NCBI GenBank assembly: GCA_965644295.1
Contig: CBFFRP010000323.1
Location: 34,778-98,777 of the forward strand
Direction of reading: 5' to 3'
DNA length: 64,000 bases
From: Paraphysomonas bandaiensis
Taxonomy: Eukaryota; Protista; Chrysophyceae
Shown here: in pieces, positions 53,709-64,000 of the stretch
How the letters are laid out: each line of letters starts with the position of its first letter
How positions within the stretch are numbered: the first letter of the stretch is position 1
Made by a program: the position numbers and the translations under genes
Notes under the pieces: generated by a model
Seen by the model: the letters and a program-made list of their open reading frames with translations, nothing else
What the model was told of the DNA's origin: nothing
Database searches by the model: none

Positions 53709-54505
53709 ATGGAAACTGGTTATTTGTGGATATGAAGCTGAGAGAAAATAGGTAGAGGGTAGAGTAGATATGGATTTCTAAATATATCATTTATCAGGCT
53801 CAAGCGTTATAAAGTAGACGCTGTGCTATTAACCAATATGGCCATGCCCATGAAAGAGGTAGATAGTAGGGCTCTAACAGTGTTACTCCGACCCCACGAG
53901 TCGCGTCTCTATTTTGACACTATTTTCTATTCTACCATGTTGTCATGTCGGAACTTGGAAAAGTAAAGTGATGAGAGATATATGGTGCATTATGACATGC
54001 CTAATTAAACCCCTCATTGATGAACTCAAATTCTTAATTAATTTCTGACAATTTGTTTCGCAATTGACGAGGAAGTTACACCAAAGATGGTGTCACGAAG
54101 CATTTCAAACATCACATACATTCACCCTTCATTATAATAGCTTAATAACTTCATCATGGAATATCGACGACAGGTACTGACTCATAAGTAAGGGGTTCAG
54201 CACAAGTAAAACAAACGATACTGCGAACGAATTACACGTGACACAGCGCAGTCACACTTTGAGAGGTAATGTATGTCAAAAAATTATGGTCACTACAGCA
54301 AACATGTCATTTCAAAACTATCACTAAAAGGAAACGGGTCTTCTGTACCAGCACAAATGATTAAATACAGAAATAAGATTTAAAGCTAGTCTTGGTATTT
54401 AGTAAAGACACACTTGGTATTTTTAGAGATAAAGATTGAATGATAAGGCCTAATAGTATAATAGCAAGACACGTTTGAGCAGAGCGTTGGTACTACACCC
54501 ATGTG

Positions 54506-55589
54506 GGGATATATTATTCAACCTAGTCAATTTGGTGGAATTTCCTAGTCATTCCATTTTCGGTGTAAAAACCTAGTCAAAGTCATAAATGACTCAACCT
54601 AGCCAAATATAGTATTAAACCTAGTCGTTCTTATATCCATTGATTACACATTGCGACTGTCTAAGATACGTGCACACACCACACAACATATTGATGGCTC
54701 GTAGAGCATCACAACAAACATAACAATTCATTCATATCTACATATCTACATAACAGTGTATGTGTATGTATATGCAGCATATCTGTATAGCTTATTAGTG
54801 TACGATGGGTCTCTTATCAGTGTTATGAGGAGGAGGAGTGGTCAGTACCTCAGTACTACAACTGTCCTCGGTTGTGGGACGATAGCCGCTGTTGGCCTTA
54901 CTGACTATCCGTACATCACTTGCGAGGTATGTGCGAGACATATATTCTCTAGTATATATATATATTTACAATCTTGTGAGTGATAATCATTGTGTTATGT
55001 ACTATCATAGGTACCTCAGTACTACAAATGTCCTCGATTGTGGAGCAATAGCCCCCTACTATATTTTTTCTCTGTGCAACTGCGTTTCACTGTTGCCTAT
55101 AGGTGCACATCACTTGGGAGGTGTGTACGAGATATATATTGTCCTGTACATATCTTAATGTTATCGTCAGGGAACATTATTGTCAATAAGCTCCATTATG
55201 CCTGAAAGGATTTGCGGCAGTCCTTGCAATAATTCGAGTGCCTGGAGATATGTATATGCTTGGATTGGTGCTGGTATACAAGAGCGAGAAAGGGTTTCGA
55301 TGGCAGCGTCGGTTCTCTGATGCCCCTGATGAGATATTTTTTCCATCCTAAGATACGATGCTGAAATATATGATGCACATTGCATATTGCATGCATGCAA
55401 TATTTGTAGAGTATGCTCCCACGTTTGACTAGGTGAATACCCTATTCCACCTAGTCAACCTAGTCATTGTAAAGTTAAAAATCTAATTATTTAATGACTA
55501 GGTTTTTCAACCTTTTGACTAGGTTTTTACTCCAATTTTGGTGTGACTAGGAAATTCCACCAAATTGACTAGGTCGAAAAATAGATCCC
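54506..55589. mobile_element. Non-autonomous TIR DNA transposon (1084 bp)
   Basis: About 46-bp TIRs GGGATATATTATTCAACCTAGTCAATTTGGTGGAATTTCCTAGTCA / TGACTAGGAAATTCCACCAAATTGACTAGGTCGAAAAATAGATCCC; ATGTG on both flanks; subterminal CCTAGTC repeats. Confidence 0.85.
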
Positions 55590-55777
55590 ATGTGGGGAGT
55601 GACTCTTAATATACGGCATAACAGAAGTAATTGTATCCTGTATAGTAACCAACTTTTACTTCAGTTTCATACTACACAATATAACGTACAAATTGCATAT
55701 ACATATATCTTTCGATCCTTGCATCTCACATAATACTGCACTCAGTTGCGAGTATATATAGAATCTTCAGATCTCAA

Positions 55778-56016
55778 CACAGCAAACATGTCATTTCAAA
55801 ACTATCACTAAAAGGAAACGGATCATCTGTACTAGCACAAATGATTAAAAAATTATGGTCGCTACATCGAACATGTCATTTCAAAACTATCACTAAAAGG
55901 AAACGGGTCTTCTGTACCAGCACAAATGATTAAAAAATTATGGTCGCTACAGCAAACATGTCATTTCAAAACTATCACTAAAAGGAAACGGGTCTTCTGT
56001 ACTAGCACAAATGATT
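55778..56016. repeat. 85-bp tandem repeat (about 2.8 copies) with a detached fourth copy at 54278-54362
   Basis: Period 85 (AACATG ends at 55790, 55875 and 55960). Confidence 0.92.
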
Positions 56017-57475
56017 TCGCCGTCATCTGATAACGCCACTCCACTTCCCTTACGCCGGCCAACAGGCATCTTGATCCTACAATCACTCGAGTTAGAATGT
56101 TGTATGGAGATGCCGCAATACACCACACCTAAGAGATTGGGCGTGTAGCATCATCCGCTCAGCATGGTTGCACATCTCTGTATCATTGTATGTTCCATCC
56201 CCCACTGTTACAAATATAAATATATTATGATGAGCAGTATATAAACGGGTAATACGTGGGGTTGCCATACCTATGGGATGCCCAAGAGCTACGCAGTGAA
56301 GTCTGAGCTGGTGCCTCCGACCAGTGATCGGAGTGAGTCTGACTTTGGTCACAGGGTGCCCCTGGTATGTGCCATAACAAAGCACCTGCATTCGTGTCTC
56401 ACAAACTCGGGATCGATGACGGTTCTTACGAGGCCCTAGACAGTCCTCATCAGCGTGGTTGTCACAGATATCATCAATGTCATTTCCATCCCCTTCGCTT
56501 GGCGAAATTCGCATTCGGAAATCGCCATGAACGCCCTCAATAGGGGCTGTAATGTAAACGGTGGATGGATCTGCTTTTCCGTCGCTATCAGTCACTAGCC
56601 GAAACACATGACTGTCACGACAGTAGTTCTCCGGTAGCGGTCTGACATCTGCTGAACTAGCGACTTTCTCATGCACAGGACGCGGTGGAAGTTCTTCAAA
56701 GGCAGACCGTTTGGAGGGCAAGACTGACTCAATGTACACACCGCTGTGTTTAAGAGTCTGTCTCAGTTGCTTGCGCAGTTTGCTATTGCGTCTGAAGTCA
56801 TCAGCGTTACACTCCGACATCGCTTTGATTCGATGCTGTAGGTCTGGTGAAAAAGCGCTGATGTCGTCCACAGCTCGCTTAAGGGCATCCATGTACGTAG
56901 AGAGGGATAATTCTAATGCTCTGTCCTGCCACGTTGAAGAATGAGGTGCTACAGTGACTTCTTGGTTACCCGTCGCATCATGTTTACGCTTCTTGTTCAG
57001 ATCCAACTGACAAGGGCGCTCGGAAAGAATTTGGATTGAGCTTATATCCACATGTCCCTGGAGCACAGCAAGGTACACTTTCTCAGTGTGCCGATTTTGG
57101 AAAGCGTCACAAGCACGAGATCTGCCAGCGAGTCAGTAAGCACATATCGATACACAAAACTACAGTCACATCACAGTAGACATCAACTCACGCGAATTTC
57201 CGATTGAGACCCACACAAAGCACTCCAGATGTCGCGAAATCCAGTCTATGAACCCACTTCAAGTTTAGGCTGGTTGATCCCAAATAAGAGAAGAGAAGTT
57301 TCTCAACAGTGACCTGAAAGTCTCCGTACATACGAACATCCCACGGCTTGTCTATGATCACATACTCCTCCGTCTGGTCCAACACCTTCACATGTACTAC
57401 ACTGCATACCTTACGCCTACAGCTGTAAGAACCATCATCATCAGCTAAATCAGATTCTGATCTATTCGGCACCAT
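55947..57475 (-). CDS. RluA-family RNA pseudouridine synthase, multi-exon
   Basis: IIDKPWD, catalytic VHRLDFATSGVL, K.YLAVLQG, ITAPI, PITGRRHQLRLHC..LGHPI-GDGTY, MMLHA; last exon ends DPFPFSDSFEMTCLL*. Confidence 0.92.
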
Positions 57476-57550
57476 AGATCACAGAATACTAACACACACA
57501 CATAGCAGCCAGACAGCCGACGACATGAATGAATGTGCTCCCATACAGCG

Positions 57551-57683
57551 CAGCATCTCATTTTGCGGAAATAAATTGAAGCGAAATTCATCTATATTAC
57601 TGAACTACAACTACGGCTGGAATACACATAATTATTGTCTCAATATTAGAGGCATATTAGAACAAAAATAAACGAAGGATGCC
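57551..57683 (-). promoter_or_regulatory. 133-bp conserved upstream element, copy 4
   Basis: As copy 1; lies in the divergent RluA/CK1 intergenic region. Confidence 0.6.
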
Positions 57684-58076
57684 GATACGAGAGTGTATCA
57701 TACCATACACGCTATACATGCACCGTATTCCGGTATTCTGAAAATGTGAAAAAAAATGTACATAGATGTACATCATAAACTGAAACTACCTACTCAAGAT
57801 TTGTGTTGGAGTGAAAGTATTCTCTTTGAAATCTCCGCCAACTAAACACATATGTTTGTAGTATGTGTACAGTATATGGTGGTATACATAGTATATATAT
57901 CCCACTGTTGTATATGAAACCCATGCATCAGTAGGAGGGCCTGGTGAAGGAAGCCCCTCCAATATACATATATATGTATGTGTATTTGTGTATTTCAACG
58001 TATGATCTTTTCCATACAACAATATTGTCAAGCCATACCATAAAGTAGCATAGTATATAGCCATATCCATACATTC

Positions 58077-59750
58077 ATGGAGTTGAGGGTGGCTAGAAAG
58101 TTTCGAGTGGGTCCGAAGATAGGCAGCGGGTCATTTGGAGAGATCTACGGGGGCATCAATGTGCACACAGGAGAGGAGGTCGCAATCAAACTGGAGCCCC
58201 AGAAGACCAAACACCCGCAGCTGATATACGAGAGCAAGATATACCGCGTGCTTCAGGGGGGATGTAAGAGGTGCCGGTATGCCCGTACAAGTGTTGATGT
58301 GTGTGTGTGTAGATGGGATCCCAGGTGTGAAGTGGTTCGGATCAGAAGGAGACTATAACGTCCTTGTTATCGATCTTCTGGGCCCTTCACTGGAGGATCT
58401 ATTCAACTACTGTAACAAAAAATTCACTCTTAAGACTGTGCTGCTACTGGCGGATCAGATGATATCGCGGCTGGAGTTCATGCACTCTCGATCCTACATA
58501 CACCGCGACGTCAAGCCCGACAACTTCCTCATAGGCACAGGGTCCAGAAAGGTCTATCTGTGAATGTGAATTGCCCCTGCGCTTATTGTATGTGCTATAT
58601 GTGTTGCAGCATATCGTCCACGTTATTGATTTTGGTCTGGCTAAGAAGTACCAGGACCCCAGGAATGGTCGACACATTCCCTACATCGAGGGAAAGAATT
58701 TGACTGGGACTGCCAGATATGCATCTATTAACACTCATTTAGGCATTGAGCAGGTCAGTAGATGCCTTTTATGATATCTTGTACCGTAATTCGTACTGCC
58801 TATCAGAGCCGCAGAGATGACATGGAGAGCCTAGGGTTCGTGTTAATGTATTTTTTGAGGGGATCCCTGCCGTGGCAAGGACTTAAGGTAGGATTTACAC
58901 ATTGCGGCATGCAATTGTAACTTATGTATGATCAGGCCAATACTAAGAAACAGAAGTATCTGCGCATCCTAGAGCGCAAACAGCAAACACACACTGATCT
59001 GCTCTGCCTCAATTACCCGTCAGAATTTAAGGAGTACTTTGCTCACTGCTCTTCACTGGGGTTTGAAGACAGACCAGATTACAGGTGTGATATGTAGTGG
59101 CAGTTGTGCCGATTTTGAATAAGTGTATACAGATACTTGAAGCGAATATTCAAAGATCTATTTGAGCGAGCTGGATACGAAGATGATGGTTAGTAGATCA
59201 CATCCTCTTCTATCATATCTCATGTTGTACTCTTCGCAATCTATGTGTATTTATATACCTTTTGAAGTTTGTATATGTATTCGTGTCATATATTGAGTGG
59301 ATTAATTTTCAGGCCTGTACGATTGGGATCACAGTCTTAAGGCCAAGACTGACGGGTCGAATGGTTTGGAGGGTCTAAAATACGGGACACCTGGAGATAA
59401 TGTTGGTGGGCAGTCTGGGGAGGTGCACAATAGTGAGCGTCAAAGGGAGGACGCCCCAGATGGGCAAGTAACTGGTGACAAAGGTACAACCTGTAACGGT
59501 ATGCAATTGGGTGGCCAAAACGAAGGAGGGGCACGCAAAGAAGATGGTAGCCTGATAGTGAGTGGGAAAGAGTCAAGCGAGAACCTCTCGGGGGCAGCAG
59601 GAAAGAAGAGCATCATTTCTTCCATAAGGTTTTATTTGTGTAAAAGTAGTCTACGCTCTTAAGTCTGTATGTTTTAGGTATAGTTTGTTCGGATCTCGTG
59701 GTGGTGGGCGGCCTGGAGATAATGCGGTCGCAGGTCGTGGTGGTCGTTAG
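58077..59750 (+). CDS. CK1: Casein kinase 1, multi-exon
   Basis: [77 protein letters not shown]. Confidence 0.97.
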
Positions 59751-60327
59751 GTCTTTTGTATCCCGCATATCAACCCGCCTCTTGATTGCAGTTGGGAGAT
59801 ATTTCGTGTAGCAGCGTCAAATGTACCACCTTTTTATGCAGTGCAACCCACGTATTTGTTGTGACGTGAAATCCGTTCCACAATAGTGCGTGCCTTGATG
59901 TATGTCAAATGAAATACAAATCAAGCCGCATTCACATTATGAATGTTATGTCACGTTAGTTTACCGAAGTGGTATGTTGTTGTAGTTAGTTCGCTAAGGT
60001 AGAGTTCATTAAATTATGAAATAATTATCGCTGTTATTCGTGTATTGTGGGATGATAACTCTTGTTGAGTTTTGTATATAGATTAGGGTTAGGCAGGGCC
60101 TGATAACCATTAATGGTTGTCCAGTTCCCGGCAATTATAATGGCATTAATGAAAAATGTCCCGGCAATTATAATGGCCATGTCAAGATATGACACAATTG
60201 GATGATTTACTAAGTTAACTGGACGTGTATTTACTCATTAATCATGTTAAGATAAGAGAAGATTATAATAAATATAATGAGCAATATATCACGTTATCTC
60301 TACTACCACTCATTTCTAGTACGATCT

Positions 60328-60693
60328 TGTTGAGTTTTGCTGTTTGTGAGCAAGTAAAAGCTGTAGTTTACAAGATATTGGAATTATATCCGTTACTCAA
60401 AGAATACAGTAGTAGCTAGCTGTATTATGAGAACCAATAATATGATAGCCATTGTAGTGATTATTAGGATTCAGCTTAATACATGATTGTATCTGTGAGT
60501 TATAATGTTCAATGAAATACACCATGAACTGAATTAGAGAGAGTATCTGTCGAAGATACGTGATCGTCATCATAACGTCGTCATTATCAGTTACACTTCT
60601 AACTATTCCGTTGTGCATGATAGAACGTCCTATATTGTTATTCATAATTTTCACTCTATCGTGTTCATTACTTACACTCTAATAATCACAACA
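60328..60693 (+). mobile_element. Candidate 5' LTR (TGTTG...CAACA) of a Ty1/Copia element
   Basis: Canonical termini; the start motif GTTGAGTTTT..GCAA.TAAAAGCT recurs at about 580 and 37630 (weaker at 4300); PBS-like TGGTAGCGAG at 60718-60727. Confidence 0.5.
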
Positions 60694-60727
60694 TTGTTTT
60701 ACTATTATTTCTTTATTTGGTAGCGAG

Positions 60728-61893
60728 ATGTCAGTTAAAGTTACAAGTTACGCCTCAACCGACTCGGATTCGACAACCGACAAGCGAAAGGACTCAATGC
60801 CAAAATTCGATGCGAAGAACTTCTCCAGGTGGCAGAAGAAGTGCCGTGCATGGTTCTATCGCAAGCCTAAGATCGTTTATACTCTACAGAACGATCACCC
60901 AATTGAGCCTGAAGCAGGAGAAAACTCAGATGACGAGGACTACCAGTATCGACTCGAACAGTATCAGGATGCAAAACGATATTATGATGAGGGTAATAAC
61001 TACCTATGGTCAGTCATTGCAAGCTCTATCATTGGTCAGAATGAAGAGGCTGAAGGGATTTTGGAGAACGTCCCCGATGGAGACGGTAAAACCGCCTGGA
61101 CGGACTTGCTAAACCACTTCAAAGAAAAAACGACTAATGACGTAATCACCGATCTGATTGACCAGTTTCAGAGCATAAAAATCAAAAAAGGTCAGTCGAT
61201 AATCAACTTTCTTGACGCTGTCGAAAAGCTCCGAAACAAGCTGATTAATTATGGTCATCGGATAAGTGACCAAGATCTCATATCACGCATTCGACAAGGC
61301 CTGGTATCCAAAGAAAATATGACGTATCGTGAACTGGCGATCAACCTGCAGATGCACCCTATCGATGACTACAAAACACTGATACGCAGACTACGCGGAT
61401 TAGGAAGCTCGTCTGTTGGAATGCTCTTGTCAAGCAACGAAGAAACAATTCAGCTTGCAGCCTCAAAACCCCCATTTTTCAAAAGTAAAGTGAATTCCAA
61501 GCGCAAAAAGGGGACATCTTTCAGAAACCGTTCCAATAAACCGAAACATGACAAGAGAGCTGACAAAGACATTAAGTGTTTCCGATGCGATGGAAAAGGA
61601 CACATCGCTTCAGAATGCAAACACTCATATGGGAAAGGATCCAACAGATGAAGAATTCCTCTGGAAACAAATCAACCAGTAGGAAATTCAAAAAAGTTAG
61701 ATTCCAGACCCACCAGAGCACTGAAAACGACGAATCCGACCAGTTTGCAGATTATGAAGACAGTGGTCCACTACAACAGAAAGGACGAGACTTCGGAGGA
61801 GTCGGATATCCAACAAACGACGAAACGAACTTCGTTTTTGATCAAGAAGCCGGAATGGGGACCCTTGATTCTGGCTGCAGTCTCCATTGGTAG
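60728..61893 (+). mobile_element. Ty1/Copia gag (intact 307-aa ORF) plus truncated protease
   Basis: PKFDAKNFSRW, gag core DGKTAW.DL..F, Zn knuckle CFRCDGKGHIASEC; LDSGCSLH protease motif in a shifted frame, then a stop. Confidence 0.85.
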
Positions 61894-62504
61894 TTATGAT
61901 TAGATTAGAAGATACGAGTATTAGGCCAGATACAGGGTTGAGTGTACCGTGACTATCCCTATATGCAATTAACGGACGATTATGAAAGTATTGTACAGTA
62001 ATTATGATAGTATACGTAGGTATTTTCTGTAGAATGATATAGGAGTAGATAGCAGGGTGTTAAGAGATTTCTATATGATTATTTCTGGAAGTAGAAAACT
62101 AGCAATTTGTAGCTGAGGCACTTCTAAAATTAACTATATATGGGGATATTATAGGTAGAAGGATATTGTGGATTTTTAGATATTATATATGGTAGAGGTT
62201 GATATTATTGTAGTTGAGTTGAAAGTTAAGAAGTAGCAGAAGTTAAAAGTAAGAAGAGTAAATTTAAGTGTTGAGTGTTGTAAGAAGGCTACTCCTACCC
62301 TACATCACCTGTGCTATGGACAGAGGATAATCTAAGACCAACAATGTTAGTCGTGATAGCGAGGCTCAATCACCCGTAATTACATCACTTTACCTCTACT
62401 AGTAATCACAACATTCTTATTGTGTATTACTAAGCTAAATCTGCATTGAAGTTACCATGGAGAGAACATTTACAAGCTTGTAAATATAAATTATAAGGAC
62501 AGAG

Positions 62505-62685
62505 TATAGTCACACCTTGGTGATTGCGGCGACGCACAAGCGGCTTCTGTAGCGCTAAATAGTAGGATATTAGAGTCTGTGCTGATTAGTTATGGGTAGA
62601 GGTCTAAATAGTCTGTCTAGCATTCAAATATCCACTACATTAGTGCAGATTTTTAACGCCTATTGCTAAATAATAAACTTTCAAT
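62505..62685 (+). repeat. Dispersed repeat family B partial copy
   Basis: CACCTTGGTGATTGCGGCGACGCACAAG..AATAGTAGGATA..ACGCCTATTGCTA. Confidence 0.75.
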
Positions 62686-63269
62686 GTTAACAATGGACAT
62701 TTCACTGAAGTTAGCTTTGCTCTACGCGTAAACCGTAACCTTGCTGTTGAACACAGTGCACTTTCAAGTAAGAAGGTTATAATTGTTATTCTGAACACTT
62801 CACTGTAACATATTCGTGCAACATATGTTTCGAAACATCTGTTCCCAGCAACACCTGTTTATCATATGTTCATCAGTCAGTTCTATATCTTGTATAGTCA
62901 CACATCAGTAGCTGAATTCAATTCCTTTGTAACTATAATCACCCGTTACACCTATGAGTTGACTTTACCTATTGCACATATTAACTCACTTCAATTGCAC
63001 TATATATATCACATCATATTGCAGAACTCAACACTCCCACTCAATTGGATGTAGTTAATCATTCTAAAATTTGAAGAACATTGCTATCGGATACGCAACC
63101 ACCGAACCTCATAGGACACTGGTGGACGTATGACTCCGCTGAGTATAGCCTGGCTCCCACCATTCAGTAACACTAACTAGGTACGACGAGCTCTCTTTAC
63201 CTTGGGCCCTCTGCTGATAATTTGTTCAGTAGTCTTAATTTTTCCCAAAGATTTCGCTCCTCTGTTCAA

Positions 63270-64000
63270 TGAATATTGGACCTCTCAAAAACCCTTGGTA
63301 TATATCAGCCATCTGTTTGTCGACTGCTCACATGATTAATTTCGCTGTATTAAACTGTTCAGGATCCATGCTCTCTAATCATATGATACTTAATCTCAAT
63401 ATGTTTCAGAATATTGATGTTGCACTGGATTTTCGATATATCTGAAACGCTGACTATCCAGGAATAATGGTGTGGGCTCGTCAATTTTCAATCCTACTTC
63501 ACCAGTCACCCCCCGAGACCATATCATTCCTGTAATCCATTATAAGCATTGACACTCTGCTTGCATAGTCGATGTAGCTACAATGTAGACTGAAGTTTGG
63601 AACCCCACGATGGTAGTCCACAGCTCAAACATAACATAACCTGAAGTTGATCTCCTCGTCAACTTGGATCGCCTGCCAGTCGGCATCAGTGAACATATGA
63701 AGATCAAAATCTCTCCCTCTATAATGAATGCCTTTATCTGTAGTACCTCATGCATACACCATTAAGCCATCAGGAGCTTACATACGGTGATGTTAACTTT
63801 CGTTGAGAATCGTGACAATACTCCCACTGCATGTAAGATATCCGGCCTTGTGTTCTTTTCGTTGAATGAGTAACGCTCCCTAGGAGTGGACGATAGGGAA
63901 AATTATCAACTAACTTCTGCTCCTCAGCTGAATGCACATGTTCCACTCCCACTTTGACATCACTAGGTAGTGGGTATATGGCACGCGTCTTGTCCCTTGC
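63270..64000 (-). mobile_element. Degenerate Ty1/Copia RT-RNase H remnant
   Basis: FPYRPLLGS, DADW, TRRSTSGYV, VATSTMQAE, KHIEIKYH, QMADIYTKG distributed across frameshifts. Confidence 0.85.

Noticed and set aside
52856-53751. His/Tyr/Thr-rich ORFs
   Set aside because: Translations of the satellite
55778-56016. CRISPR-like array
   Set aside because: Whole 85-bp units repeat with no variable spacers; eukaryotic context
60083-60093. Telomere-like TTAGGGTTAGG
   Set aside because: Fewer than two full units; could arise by chance or be part of a TE end

Overview
Gene-dense eukaryotic nuclear DNA with many short GT-AG introns; a protist, plausibly a stramenopile (inference). Recognisable genes: HSBP1, Trm10 tRNA methyltransferase, a coiled-coil BTB/KCTD protein, a double-CRD Frizzled/Smoothened-like 7TM receptor, a small DnaJ-type Zn-finger protein, a putatively myristoylated coiled-coil protein, a U-box E3 ligase, an S9B dipeptidyl peptidase, an F-box-like+SET protein, dynein light chain roadblock, an atypical cytochrome b5-fused desaturase, MTFP1, a DHHC palmitoyltransferase, an RluA pseudouridine synthase and casein kinase 1. 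Intergenic DNA carries many decayed transposons (Copia gag and RT remnants, a hAT derivative, MITE/foldback elements) and satellites. Most notable: (1) four copies of an element with a 133-bp core of identical length, each just upstream of a gene start; (2) a head-to-head pair of Crinkler/RHS-type NTPase+REase genes separated by two related, oppositely oriented minisatellites; (3) tandem amplification of the RluA stop-codon region. Exon boundaries were inferred by eye and are approximate.
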